In this document: positions 48,200-58,302 of the stretch, piece after piece | Numbering within the stretch: the stretch's first letter is position 1 | Layout: each line of letters starts with the position of its first letter | Assembly (NCBI RefSeq): GCF_022846255.1 | Contig: NZ_AP025682.1 | Strand: one strand, 5' to 3' | From: Escherichia coli | GTDB lineage: Bacteria > Pseudomonadota > Gammaproteobacteria > Enterobacterales > Enterobacteriaceae | DNA length: 64,000 nt | Made by a program: the position numbers and the translations under genes | The notes under the pieces: model-generated | What the model was told of the DNA's origin: nothing | What the model saw: the letters and a program-made list of their open reading frames with translations, nothing else | The model's database searches: none

Positions 48200-49714
48200 T
48201 CAGGCATTACCCTGTTTTACTGACGGCAGTTTTGTCACCAGACGCAGTGATCCTGTTAACCCTTCAAGCTGAAAATGCGGGCGCAGGAAGAATTTGGCGT
48301 CGTAATAGCCCGGATTCCCCTCCACCTCTTCCACCACCACTTCAGCAGCTGCCAGCGGGCGACGAGCTTTGGTTTCCTGTGAGGAGTTCACCGGATCGGC
48401 ATCGACGTAGTTCATGATCCACTCATTGAGCCAGCGCTGCATATCTTCGCGCTCTTTGAACGAGCCGATCTTGTCGCGCACGATACATTTGAGGAAGTGC
48501 GCAAACCGTGAGCAGGCGAAAAGATATGGCAAACGAGCTGAGAGATTGGCGTTGGCCGTAGCATCCGGATCGTAATACTCCTGCGGTTTTTGTAGAGACT
48601 GCGCGCCAATAAAGGCGGCGTAATCAGAGTTTTTGCGGTGGATAAGTGGGATAAAACCATTTTTCGCCAGTTCAGCTTCACGACGGTCAGAGATGGCAAT
48701 TTCTGTCGGGCATTTCATATCCACGCCGCCGTCATCGGTCGGGAAGGTATGACAGGGCAGATTTTCCACCGCGCCACCAGATTCAACACCGCGGATCAAC
48801 GTACACCAACCGTAATGTTTGAAAGAGCGGTTGATATTTACACCCATTGCATAGGCGGCATTGCTCCAGACATATTTGCTGTGATCTGCGCCATCCGCAT
48901 CTTCTTCAAAATCAAACTCATCGACAGGGTTTGTTTTCGCACCATAAGGCAAACGGGAGAGAAAACGTGGCATCGTCAGGCCAATGTAGCGAGAATCCTC
49001 ACTTTTTCGCAGCGAGTTCCACGGTGCGTATTCGAGGTTTTGGGTCACAATTTTGGTCAGATCACGCGGGTTAGCCAGTTCCTGCCAGGAATCCATCTGC
49101 AACACTGATGGAGAGGCCCCAGCAATAAACGGCGCATGGGCTGAGGCTGCCACTTTGGCAATGGAGCCGAGCAGATCCACATCCGGTGGCGTGTGATCAA
49201 AATAATAATCCGCAATAATACAACCGTAAGGTTCTCCGCCTAACTGCCCATATTCGGCTTCATACAGCTTTTTGAACATGGGGCTTTGATCCCACGCGAT
49301 CCCTTTGTAACGCTTCATATTTTTCCGCAATTCATCCTTCGAAAGGTTCATAAAGCGGATTTTTAATTTTTCATCGGTTTCGGTGTTGTAAACCAAATGT
49401 TCCATCCCACGCCAGGAGGACTCCAGTTTCTGAAATTCCGGATGATTCAGGATTAGTTTGATCTGCTCAGTTAATTTGAAATCGATCTGCTCAATAATTG
49501 CAGCAATACTTTTATAAGCATCATCACTAACAGTGATCGTATTTGTCAGAGCCTGTTGGGCCAGCGTCTGAACTGCCGCCTCAACAGCCTTTGCAGCCTG
49601 AGGAGTCTTGGGACGGAAAGCTTTATCCAGCAGCGAATCAAATTCCGTTTCCTGATAGGCAGTGGTTTGCGCAGCAGAGAGGTCGCCAGTCGCCAGAAGA
49701 GTATCGTTTACCAT
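48200..49714 (-). CDS. tssC: T6SS contractile sheath large subunit TssC (VipB)
   Basis: 504 aa; conserved TssC layout downstream of tssB. Confidence 0.9.
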   Translation of the reverse strand: MVNDTLLATGDLSAAQTTAYQETEFDSLLDKAFRPKTPQAAKAVEAAVQTLAQQALTNTITVSDDAYKSIAAIIEQIDFKLTEQIKLILNHPEFQKLESSWRGMEHLVYNTETDEKLKIRFMNLSKDELRKNMKRYKGIAWDQSPMFKKLYEAEYGQLGGEPYGCIIADYYFDHTPPDVDLLGSIAKVAASAHAPFIAGASPSVLQMDSWQELANPRDLTKIVTQNLEYAPWNSLRKSEDSRYIGLTMPRFLSRLPYGAKTNPVDEFDFEEDADGADHSKYVWSNAAYAMGVNINRSFKHYGWCTLIRGVESGGAVENLPCHTFPTDDGGVDMKCPTEIAISDRREAELAKNGFIPLIHRKNSDYAAFIGAQSLQKPQEYYDPDATANANLSARLPYLFACSRFAHFLKCIVRDKIGSFKEREDMQRWLNEWIMNYVDADPVNSSQETKARRPLAAAEVVVEEVEGNPGYYDAKFFLRPHFQLEGLTGSLRLVTKLPSVKQGNA

Positions 49715-49738
49715 GAAAGTTCCTTAATAAAATCGCAG

Positions 49739-50284
49739 TTAGTCTGCTGTTCCCGTTTCACCTGATAAGACACTTTCCTGTTGAGCGACAGGTTTTGGCG
49801 CGCTGGCCAGAGCTTTCAGTAACGTCGGGTCTTGTAATAGTTTGTTGATCAGATTTTCTGCTCCCGCTTTACCATCCATGTAGGTTTGCAGGTTGGCAAG
49901 CTGAGTACGTGCTTCCAGCAGCTGGTTCAGGGCATCCACCTTACGGGCAATCTGCGCAGGCGAGAAATCGTCCATATTCTCCAGCGTGATATCGACCATC
50001 AACTGCCCTTCGCCCGTCAGCGTATTGGGGACAGCAAACGCCACGCGCGGCGCAATGGCTTTCATCCTCTCGTTGAAGTTATCGATATCAATATCAAGGA
50101 ATTTACGATCGGTGACCGGCGGCAGCTCTTCACGCGGTTTACCCGCCAGGTCGGCCAGCACCGCCATGACAAACGGCAGTTCGATTTTTTTCTCGGAGCC
50201 GTAAATCTCAACGTCATACTCAATCTGCACGCGGGGCGCGCGGTTGCGGGCAATAAACTTCTGCGCGCTGTTGTTGATAGCCAT
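49739..50284 (-). CDS. tssB: T6SS contractile sheath small subunit TssB (VipA)
   Basis: 181 aa; PRVQIEYDVEIYGSEKKIELPFVMAVLADL is the canonical TssB core. Confidence 0.9.
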   Translation of the reverse strand: MAINNSAQKFIARNRAPRVQIEYDVEIYGSEKKIELPFVMAVLADLAGKPREELPPVTDRKFLDIDIDNFNERMKAIAPRVAFAVPNTLTGEGQLMVDITLENMDDFSPAQIARKVDALNQLLEARTQLANLQTYMDGKAGAENLINKLLQDPTLLKALASAPKPVAQQESVLSGETGTAD

Positions 50285-50345
50285 AATCCTTCATTTCCTT
50301 ATCAGTGAGCCGACGACCACCAGGGGAGCGGTTCGACGGTACAGT

Positions 50346-50636
50346 TTAAAAATCATACGCAGAGAGTATTTTTATAATCTCTTTGTTTTCTTTGTACTTT
50401 TCCCGCAGCACAGGGAGTGATTTCTTTGCCGGAGGACACCAGGTATCAACCCCCTTTTCGATGTCTCTTTTATCCTTCTCTGGTAAAGAACTGTCCCATT
50501 CACCAGCAAGATGCTGGCACATTTCCGCATTACTCAGAAAATGCTGCACATCCTGTGGTAAAGGCGGTTCCCCCTGAACACAGAAAGCGAAAATCATTAA
50601 CAGGAATGTCAACAACATCGGATAACGAAATGCCAT
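50346..50636 (-). CDS. Small secreted protein, candidate immunity protein for the M15-like peptidase
   Basis: Signal peptide (MAFRYPMLLTFLLMIFAFCVQG); directly follows the peptidase gene. Confidence 0.5.
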   Translation of the reverse strand: MAFRYPMLLTFLLMIFAFCVQGEPPLPQDVQHFLSNAEMCQHLAGEWDSSLPEKDKRDIEKGVDTWCPPAKKSLPVLREKYKENKEIIKILSAYDF

Positions 50637-50638
50637 AC

Positions 50639-51202
50639 TTAATGTCCATCAATTGACCAGTGAGGTATATCTGTATTGCCGCCAACAAATTTTCTGACGC
50701 CGTAACCCAGACCTACCGCCTGAAGCTGGGCATTCATTCCGGTTCGAGGTAGTGTATTAATTGCAACATTCTGACCATTGCTCCCCGCAATTGTTAATGT
50801 TCCGCTCCAACTGATATTCATATCTATCGCAGTACCGCGTGTATGGTTGGAGCTCAGTGCAGGCGCGACATTCAGATTATTCATACCATAGGCCGTAACC
50901 ATAGCCTGCGCCGCTTCAAGCGAGGCTTGCTCAGTCGGGTGAACCCACTCAATATCCACCCCCTCCATCGCCGGGACGTTTTTTGCCTGAACGATTTCAT
51001 GAGCAATCAACCATGACCAGTGCATGAGATATGCTCTGGCGGGAGGGCGATATGTTGCAGAAATACTGACCCTTGCGCGTGCATTACCAAGCGCTCGCAA
51101 AAAATTATCTACCGATGCACGAAAAGTCCCCTGCAAATCATTAGTGGAAGAACTTCCAGGAAAGCGACTGACCCACAGTGCGCCACTTAATTCTTTTGCC
51201 AT
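50639..51202 (-). CDS. Zinc peptidase M15 (VanY/hedgehog-type) fold protein, candidate peptidoglycan-peptidase T6SS effector
   Basis: SNHTRGTAID matches SxHxxGxAxD and a terminal His (DIPHWSIDGH) is present; no signal peptide; between clpV and tssB. Confidence 0.55.
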   Translation of the reverse strand: MAKELSGALWVSRFPGSSSTNDLQGTFRASVDNFLRALGNARARVSISATYRPPARAYLMHWSWLIAHEIVQAKNVPAMEGVDIEWVHPTEQASLEAAQAMVTAYGMNNLNVAPALSSNHTRGTAIDMNISWSGTLTIAGSNGQNVAINTLPRTGMNAQLQAVGLGYGVRKFVGGNTDIPHWSIDGH

Positions 51203-51214
51203 AAGGATGCTCCA

Positions 51215-53848
51215 TTAATCCGTGTCAAAAATAATCTGTTCATCCTCATCAACACGAATGCGGATTTGCGTGATGGCCGTTTTCTCTGTCATCGCCTGCA
51301 GCCAATAACGGGACAGTTGTGGGAGGATATGTTGTTCGATATAGCCGATGAGCAAACGAGCGCCGGTTTCGTGCATCGGGCAGCGCGACACAATATGCGT
51401 AATCAGTTCATCGCCATACACCAGTGAAACGCCATGCTGCTCCGCCATCCGATCCATCAATCTGCCAAGATGCAGGCGGGCAATAACACCACGCGCGGTC
51501 TCATCCAGCGGTAAATAAGGAATAACCGTCACACGCCCCAGGAAAGCCGCCGGGAAGTGTTTACGTAACTCCGGCATTAACGCCTCTTTTAACCCTGCCG
51601 AATCGGGCATCAGCGCCGGATCCTCACAGAGCTGGCTGATAAGTTCCGCCCCCGCGTTAGTCGTCAACAACAGCGTGGTATTTTTGAAATCGATGTGGAC
51701 ACCTTCGCCATCTTCCATCGCCCCCTTATCAAACACCTGGAAGAACAGCTCGTGGACGTCGTGATGGGCTTTTTCAATTTCATCCAGCAATACCACGCTC
51801 CAGGGATGGCGGCGTACCGCTTCCGTCAACACGCCGCCTTCGCCATAGCCGACGTAGCCGGGCGGCGCGCCTTTCAGAGTGGAGACTGTGTGAGACTCTT
51901 GATACTCGCTCATGTTGATGGTGATCAGATTCTGTTCACCGCCATAGATTGCTTCTGCCAGTGCCAGCGCGGTCTCAGTCTTGCCTACTCCGGACGGCCC
52001 GGCCAGCAAAAAGACACCCACTGGCTTACGCGGGTCACCTAAACCCGCCCGCGCGGTCTGGATACGCTCGCCAATCTGCGCCAACGCATCCATCTGCCCG
52101 GTAACACGCTGCGCCAAACGGGTGGGCAATTCCAGTATCTGACTGGCTTCATCTTTCACCATCCGTCCGGCGGGAATACCGGTCCAGTCGGAGACAATCT
52201 CTGCCACCACGGTTGCACTGACTTCCGGGTACACGACGGGGTTTTCACCCTGCCAGCCTCTTAATGCCGTTTCTGCCTGTTGTAGAGTGATTTCGTCGCG
52301 CTCGCCAGGCGCTGCGCCGCGTTGCTCCTGTAAACTGCGAACCAACTCCAGTTCCTGCTGCCACCGCGCTTCGGTGTCAGAAAGATCGGCATTAAGCGAT
52401 ATAATCCGCGCCGTCAGTACATCGCCCCGCTCCGAGCGGATACCCATTTTTTCCTGCTTTAATAACAACTCCTGCTCCAGTTCGGCAGCGTTGAGCTGCT
52501 GGCGCAGATACTGGACTCTCGCAGGCGGGGTATGCAGCGACAGCGCTACACGGGCCGCCGCCGTATCCAGCAGGCTGATGGCCTTATCCGGTAGTTGCCG
52601 GGCCGGAATGTAACGGTGAGAAAGCTGTACAGCGGCGCGCACGGCCTCATCAAGAATCAGGACATCATGGTGTTCTTCAAGCGTGGTGACTAATCCGCGC
52701 ACCATCTCAACAGCCGCAACCTCTTCCGGCTCAGCAACCTGCAATACCTGAAAACGCCGGGTCAGCGCCGGATCCTTTTCGATATGGCGTTTGTACTCGC
52801 TCCAGGTGGTTGCGCCGATGGTGCGCAGAGTGCCACGCGCCAGCGCCGGTTTCAGCAGGTTGGCAGCATCCCCCGTACCGGATGTACCACCAGCGCCCAC
52901 CAGGGTGTGAACTTCATCAACAAAAAGTATCACCGGCTGCGCCGAGCGCGCGGCCTCTTCCAGCAAAGCTTTCAGGCGGGATTCAAATTCACCCTTCATG
53001 GACGCCCCAGCCAGCAGCGCTCCAACATCCAGTGACAGCAACCGCACGTTACGCAGTGAAGGCGGCACTTCCCCCCCGGCAATCGCCAGCGCGAATCCTT
53101 CCACCACTGCCGTTTTCCCGACCCCCGCCTCGCCGGTCAGCAGCGGATTGTTCTGGCGACGGCGCAGCAGAATATCCGTCATAGTACGGATCTCGTGTTC
53201 GCGTCCGGTGACCGGATCGATATTGCCTTCACGGGCCAGCGCAGTCATGTCCTGGCAGTATTTCGCCAGCGCGGATTTACTTCCGGTTGATTCGCCGGCA
53301 AAGACCTGGCTAGCTTCCCCCGGTACTGCAAAATTTAAATCCGAGCCGTCATAAGGTATTTCTGTTAATTCAGGAGATGAAGCGATTAAAGACGGAAGAA
53401 TATCTAATAGTTCATCTACCGGTAGCCCTGCCAATGGCGCACAGATATTTTTTAACACCCGATACAATTCTGGCGTGGTTAACCAGGCAAGTAATAACCA
53501 TCCACTACGAATTTTTTGATCACCAAAGCGGATACTTGCCAACATCCAGGCTTTTTCAACAGAAAGATCGATATGATGGGAAAAATCGTTAATTACACTC
53601 GCTCCGGCAGGCAATATATTCAATTGCTGAATTAACGCCTTCTCAACATCAGCAGATGTTATTTGATAATGTCGAAGCACATTGTGAATGTCATTCTCTG
53701 GTTGTTGTATTAACTGATGCAACCAATGCGTCAGTTCGACATAAGGATTAGCGCGTAATTTACAGAACGTCGTCGCAGATTCCAAAGATCTAAACAAAGA
53801 TTTGGTTAGCTTTCCATACAGTGCACTGCGCGAAACAGGAGTGTCCAT
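51215..53848 (-). CDS. clpV: T6SS AAA+ ATPase ClpV (TssH)
   Basis: 877 aa; two AAA+ modules with Walker A motifs GEAGVGKT and GPSGVGKT; ClpB-like without middle-domain expansion. Confidence 0.9.
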   Translation of the reverse strand: MDTPVSRSALYGKLTKSLFRSLESATTFCKLRANPYVELTHWLHQLIQQPENDIHNVLRHYQITSADVEKALIQQLNILPAGASVINDFSHHIDLSVEKAWMLASIRFGDQKIRSGWLLLAWLTTPELYRVLKNICAPLAGLPVDELLDILPSLIASSPELTEIPYDGSDLNFAVPGEASQVFAGESTGSKSALAKYCQDMTALAREGNIDPVTGREHEIRTMTDILLRRRQNNPLLTGEAGVGKTAVVEGFALAIAGGEVPPSLRNVRLLSLDVGALLAGASMKGEFESRLKALLEEAARSAQPVILFVDEVHTLVGAGGTSGTGDAANLLKPALARGTLRTIGATTWSEYKRHIEKDPALTRRFQVLQVAEPEEVAAVEMVRGLVTTLEEHHDVLILDEAVRAAVQLSHRYIPARQLPDKAISLLDTAAARVALSLHTPPARVQYLRQQLNAAELEQELLLKQEKMGIRSERGDVLTARIISLNADLSDTEARWQQELELVRSLQEQRGAAPGERDEITLQQAETALRGWQGENPVVYPEVSATVVAEIVSDWTGIPAGRMVKDEASQILELPTRLAQRVTGQMDALAQIGERIQTARAGLGDPRKPVGVFLLAGPSGVGKTETALALAEAIYGGEQNLITINMSEYQESHTVSTLKGAPPGYVGYGEGGVLTEAVRRHPWSVVLLDEIEKAHHDVHELFFQVFDKGAMEDGEGVHIDFKNTTLLLTTNAGAELISQLCEDPALMPDSAGLKEALMPELRKHFPAAFLGRVTVIPYLPLDETARGVIARLHLGRLMDRMAEQHGVSLVYGDELITHIVSRCPMHETGARLLIGYIEQHILPQLSRYWLQAMTEKTAITQIRIRVDEDEQIIFDTD

Positions 53849-54180
53849 CTGTTACACCTAATGATGTAAGAACATATAAATGATACATAAACATAACTGT
53901 ACCGATTAAAACTTCTAATTAATAGAATTATCAAAAAGGCCGAATGAAACAATGATGCATATCACAGAACACAATGTAATATAGCAGGTAGTATCTTTTT
54001 CATGGTGATATTCAATAGAGCAAGCCAATTTCATACATACAATGAATATATTAAATTAAAAATCGCCACTATATATTTCCGCGAAAACTTATATTGATAA
54101 AGTAAATTGATCAGCATTGCTTATCTAAAAATTTAGAAAACTTATTCTTTTGAAATAAACATTCTACACAGTGATACACA
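53849..54180. promoter_or_regulatory. AT-rich divergent promoter region between clpV and fha operons
   Basis: ~330-bp intergenic region, strongly AT-rich relative to flanking coding sequence, between the two divergent T6SS operons. Confidence 0.5.
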
Positions 54181-55095
54181 ATGAAACCAAATATTACGTG
54201 GGGACTCCAAAAAATACAGGCGCACGGGATCGCCGATAACACAATTTACGCGACTGAAGGAACCCAAATTATCTTCACCGTTACCTCACCCTGGATTCCT
54301 GTTTTTGAGGTGAATGATGATGTAAAGATTGCCCTCAGTCTGACCCGCCACGAAGAAGCATGGTGGATTATCAATCAGTCTACCGAATATTGCTGTACGG
54401 TAAACGACCAGATTGTGGAACCTCATCACCGTATGCGTCTGAATGAAGGCGACCTGATAGAATGGGGGTTATCTTCATGGTGCCTTGTGCACGGCAATCC
54501 ATCATCTCCGGACCTGAGCGCAGTAAAAACGACATCGCAGACTGCCACCATGTCGGAAACAATAACCGAATATCTGGATCTGGATTGGTTCAGGCAGCAG
54601 CATCTGACATCACAAAATCCATTCGATATCATTCCTGTTCATGGAGCCTCCTCCACTGGAGAAGATGCTAAAAAAGAAAATGCCCTGACTCGACTTTATC
54701 AGGAATACCGCGAGGCGTTGTTATCTCCTGAACAAGATCTTCATCGCCATGCTGATCCTTTTCCTTTTAACGAAGAGCCCTCCTCACAGGATCTGGATTC
54801 ATTGCGTGATCTGGTCACTGAAGCCGAGACATTGCAGGATATGGTCACTGGCGGGTTAAGCATTGACGCTATTCTCGATGTCCTGGACGCCACCGGCGAA
54901 GGGGAAACCGCCTGGCCTGCCGAAAAGACACCCCCAGATATCCTGCACCTGCTATCCCCGGAATGCGCACCGGAAACAGCGCATAACACCGTTCTACCCG
55001 ACCTGACACGCAAAGAGCATCGCATCATTGGCATTGACAGCCATTATCGGATAAACCCGGCACAACACGGAGAGATATCTCATGACAAACAATAA
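54181..55095 (+). CDS. FHA-domain T6SS accessory protein (Fha/TagH-like)
   Basis: 304 aa; first gene of the + operon; N-terminal region consistent with an FHA fold; assignment by position and composition. Confidence 0.55.
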   Translation: MKPNITWGLQKIQAHGIADNTIYATEGTQIIFTVTSPWIPVFEVNDDVKIALSLTRHEEAWWIINQSTEYCCTVNDQIVEPHHRMRLNEGDLIEWGLSSWCLVHGNPSSPDLSAVKTTSQTATMSETITEYLDLDWFRQQHLTSQNPFDIIPVHGASSTGEDAKKENALTRLYQEYREALLSPEQDLHRHADPFPFNEEPSSQDLDSLRDLVTEAETLQDMVTGGLSIDAILDVLDATGEGETAWPAEKTPPDILHLLSPECAPETAHNTVLPDLTRKEHRIIGIDSHYRINPAQHGEISHDKQ

Positions 55096-55912
55096 CGAGC
55101 TACCGGCTACCCTGTCGGCGCTGCTGCGGGATTATTCCGTGGCGGAGGGCATTCAAATGGCAGAGCAGCAGGTCAGGATGTACCCGGCGCAGGCCTCCCG
55201 CCGCCACAGCCTATTTCAGTTATTGTGCGTGGCAGGCTACTGGTCGCGGGCACTGCAACAGATCCAGCTATGCGCCCGGATGGACGCAAATTATACCCGC
55301 GAAGCGCAGGTATTTGGCGAGCTGATACGCTGTGAGATATACCGCCACGCCTGCTTTCAGGGAGAACAGCGGCCCGATTTTATTCTCCCGCCGCCCGCCT
55401 GGATGGAGGATCTGCTGACCGCCCTCGCCTGTAACGCTCGTGGTGAAGCGCAGGAAGCTGACGCCCACCGCAGCCGCGCACTTGAGGCCATAACAGATAC
55501 TGCAGGGCAGTGGAATGGCGGCGCATTTGACTGGATTAGCGACAGCGACTCCCGTACCGGTCCGGTACTCGAACTCATCGCGGGCGGAGTATATATCTGG
55601 CTGCCGTTTTCACAAATCTGTTCGCTAAAATCGCCGCGGCCTGCGCATCTGACCGATTTGATCTGGAAACCCGTCAACGTCACACTGAATAATGGCGACA
55701 CACACAGTGCCTGGCTGTTTTCCCGCTACAGCGGCTCTGAAAAGGCTGCCGACTCCCTGCGTCTGTGCCGGGAAACGGTCTGGCAGGACGGGCCGGGAGA
55801 GACTCTGGTACAGGCGCTGGGTCAGAGGGTGTGGCTCACCGGTCACGGCGATATCAGCCTGCTGGATTTGTCCACCTGTACCTTTAACACCGCTGAAGGA
55901 AGCGACGCGTGA
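55082..55912 (+). CDS. tagJ: T6SS accessory protein TagJ (ImpE/SciE family)
   Basis: 276 aa, immediately upstream of tssE as sciE is in SPI-6-type clusters. Confidence 0.55.
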   Translation: MTNNNELPATLSALLRDYSVAEGIQMAEQQVRMYPAQASRRHSLFQLLCVAGYWSRALQQIQLCARMDANYTREAQVFGELIRCEIYRHACFQGEQRPDFILPPPAWMEDLLTALACNARGEAQEADAHRSRALEAITDTAGQWNGGAFDWISDSDSRTGPVLELIAGGVYIWLPFSQICSLKSPRPAHLTDLIWKPVNVTLNNGDTHSAWLFSRYSGSEKAADSLRLCRETVWQDGPGETLVQALGQRVWLTGHGDISLLDLSTCTFNTAEGSDA

Positions 55913-56403
55913 GCGCTTCCCGCCAGCGTCCGGGCAATCACCTGCTGCCCACGCTGTTTGACCGCCTGTGTGATGATGCCCCAAACCAGAAACGCGACCA
56001 CGATATCAGCGTCAGCCCGGTTCAGCTTAAGGAGATCATTCGCCGGGATTTGTCATTTCTGCTCAACACCGTCAGCCATGAAGATGATATTGATGCTGCA
56101 CGTTATCCGGACGCGGCAGCGTCCGTACTGAACTACGGCCTGCCGCCACTGGCGGGCAGCTTTCTGTATGAACACAAGTGGGACGATATTCGCAGGGCCA
56201 TTTTGCGTACCATCATCCGGTTTGAACCCCGGCTGAAAGCGTCCACCCTGCAAATCATCCCACTTCAGGATGAGCGCCACCAGAGCGGCCATAACACATT
56301 ACAGTTTGAAATTCGCGGCGAGATCCTCACGCAGCCCTACCCGATGGCATTCCGGGTACGCAGCGCGCTGGATATGGAACAGAGCCGCATTACGTTTTTT
56401 TAA
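55909..56403 (+). CDS. tssE: T6SS baseplate protein TssE (gp25-like)
   Basis: 164 aa; LFDRLCDD... gp25-like signature. Confidence 0.85.
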   Translation: MSASRQRPGNHLLPTLFDRLCDDAPNQKRDHDISVSPVQLKEIIRRDLSFLLNTVSHEDDIDAARYPDAAASVLNYGLPPLAGSFLYEHKWDDIRRAILRTIIRFEPRLKASTLQIIPLQDERHQSGHNTLQFEIRGEILTQPYPMAFRVRSALDMEQSRITFF

Positions 56404-56418
56404 TTCAGAGAGAAACCG

Positions 56419-58302
56419 ATGGATCCACGGCTACTGGAATACTACAACCGCGAACTGAGCTATCTGCGGGAAACGGGAGCCGAATTTGCCGCCCGTCATC
56501 CTAAAGTCGCCGCCCGACTGGGTATGCAGGGAACGGATATTGCCGATCCGTATGTGGAGCGAATGGTCGAGGCCTTCAGCTTCCTGACCGCCCGCACGCA
56601 GCTAAAAATTGACGCTGAATTCCCCCGTTTCACCCAGCGTCTGCTGGAAGTGGTCAGCCCCAATTACGTCACACCCACGCCCTCAATGAGCGTGGCGCAG
56701 CTTCATCCCGATCCGGAAGAAGGCGATCTGGCGAAGGGATTCACCGTCCCGCGCAACACGGCCTTTTTTTCCGCCATTCCGGAAGGCGAAAGTACCGCCT
56801 GCCAGTTTCGTAGCAGCCAGAATGTGACGCTGTGGCCGCTTGCCATCGAAGAGGTGCGGCTGACCGCCGCGCCGCCGGATATGCCTGCCCTGCACCGCTA
56901 CCTGCCAGCCAACATTCACGTCGCTGGTGCGCTGCGTATTACCCTGCGCACCTTTGGTGAACTGACGTTCAGTCAGCTTGCAGGGCTGAACAAGCTGCCA
57001 TTTTATCTCTGCGGCGAGGAGCGCACGGCCTCACACCTGTTCGAACTACTGCATACCAGCGCCATCGCGAGCCTGGCTGGCATTCCGGGGCATTTTGACG
57101 GCGCACTGGATGTGAATCTGAAACAGCCCGTTATGTACGAAGGCCTGGATCCGGATCAGGGACTGTTGCCGCTGGCGTGGAATGTGTTTCACGGCCATAA
57201 CCTGCTACATGAATATTTTACCTGTCCGGAACGCTTCTTTTTTTTCACCCCGACAGGCCTGTCTGACGGGTTACAGAAAATTAACGGCGGCGTGGCGGAG
57301 ATTGTTATCCTGCTGAACCGCCTGCCGCCGGACTGGCTGATCCACCAGACAAACGCGGCACAGTTCAGCCTGTTCTGTACCCCGGTTATCAACCTGTTTC
57401 CCCGCGTCGCCGCCCGGATCGATGTCACGCACAGCACGACGGAACAGCATCTGGTGGTGGACAGAACCCATCCGCTGGATTATGAGGTGTTCTCGGTCCA
57501 AGAAGTGGAAGGGCTGGAAACTGACACCACACGGAAGATGGCCTTTCGCCCGCTCTACCACACCCGCAATAATGATGAAGGCAATCACGGACGTTATTTT
57601 TCCCTGCGCCGGGAGCCGCGCCGGTTGTCGGAAAATGCCCGCCGCTATGGCACCCGCACCTCCTATACAGGATCAGAAGTGTTCCTGTCGCTGGTTGACC
57701 AGTATGAAGCGCCGTACCCGGAAAATCTGCGCCATATCACCATCACGGCTATGGTCACCAACCGCGATCTGCCCTGTCTTATTGCCCGCAATGGACGGGA
57801 CGATCTGACCGTGGATGCGGCCATCCCGGTGGCGGGTGTGGGGCTTATCCGTCCGCCGCGTCCGCCGCAGCCTCCGCTGGCTGAACGTGAAATGGCCTGG
57901 CGGTTGATCCGCCAGTTATCCTTTAACTATCTGCCGCTGGCCGATCTGGATCACCGTACCGGTGGTCAGGCGCTGCGCGATCTGCTTAACCTGTTTATTC
58001 CGGCGCATGACAGTCCGCAGTCGCGCCAGGTGCGCAGCCTGATTGGCTGCAACACCACCCCGGTCACCCGCCGTCTGCCCGGTTCCGGGCTGCTGGTCTA
58101 TGGGCGCGGCGTCAGTTGTGAACTGACCGTGGATGAGGAGGGGTTCTCCGGTATCAGTCCGTATCTGTTCGGTCTGGTGTTGGAGCACTATATCGCCCGT
58201 CATGTTTCCATTAATACCTTCTCGCAGATGACGCTGCACAGCATGCAGCGCGGCAAAATTATGACCTGGCCTGCCAGGACGGGACAGCGGGGAAGCGTAT
58301 GA
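56419..58302 (+). CDS. tssF: T6SS baseplate protein TssF
   Basis: 627 aa; N-terminus MDPRLLEYYNRELSYLRETGAEFAARHPKVAARL typical of TssF. Confidence 0.9.
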   Translation: MDPRLLEYYNRELSYLRETGAEFAARHPKVAARLGMQGTDIADPYVERMVEAFSFLTARTQLKIDAEFPRFTQRLLEVVSPNYVTPTPSMSVAQLHPDPEEGDLAKGFTVPRNTAFFSAIPEGESTACQFRSSQNVTLWPLAIEEVRLTAAPPDMPALHRYLPANIHVAGALRITLRTFGELTFSQLAGLNKLPFYLCGEERTASHLFELLHTSAIASLAGIPGHFDGALDVNLKQPVMYEGLDPDQGLLPLAWNVFHGHNLLHEYFTCPERFFFFTPTGLSDGLQKINGGVAEIVILLNRLPPDWLIHQTNAAQFSLFCTPVINLFPRVAARIDVTHSTTEQHLVVDRTHPLDYEVFSVQEVEGLETDTTRKMAFRPLYHTRNNDEGNHGRYFSLRREPRRLSENARRYGTRTSYTGSEVFLSLVDQYEAPYPENLRHITITAMVTNRDLPCLIARNGRDDLTVDAAIPVAGVGLIRPPRPPQPPLAEREMAWRLIRQLSFNYLPLADLDHRTGGQALRDLLNLFIPAHDSPQSRQVRSLIGCNTTPVTRRLPGSGLLVYGRGVSCELTVDEEGFSGISPYLFGLVLEHYIARHVSINTFSQMTLHSMQRGKIMTWPARTGQRGSV

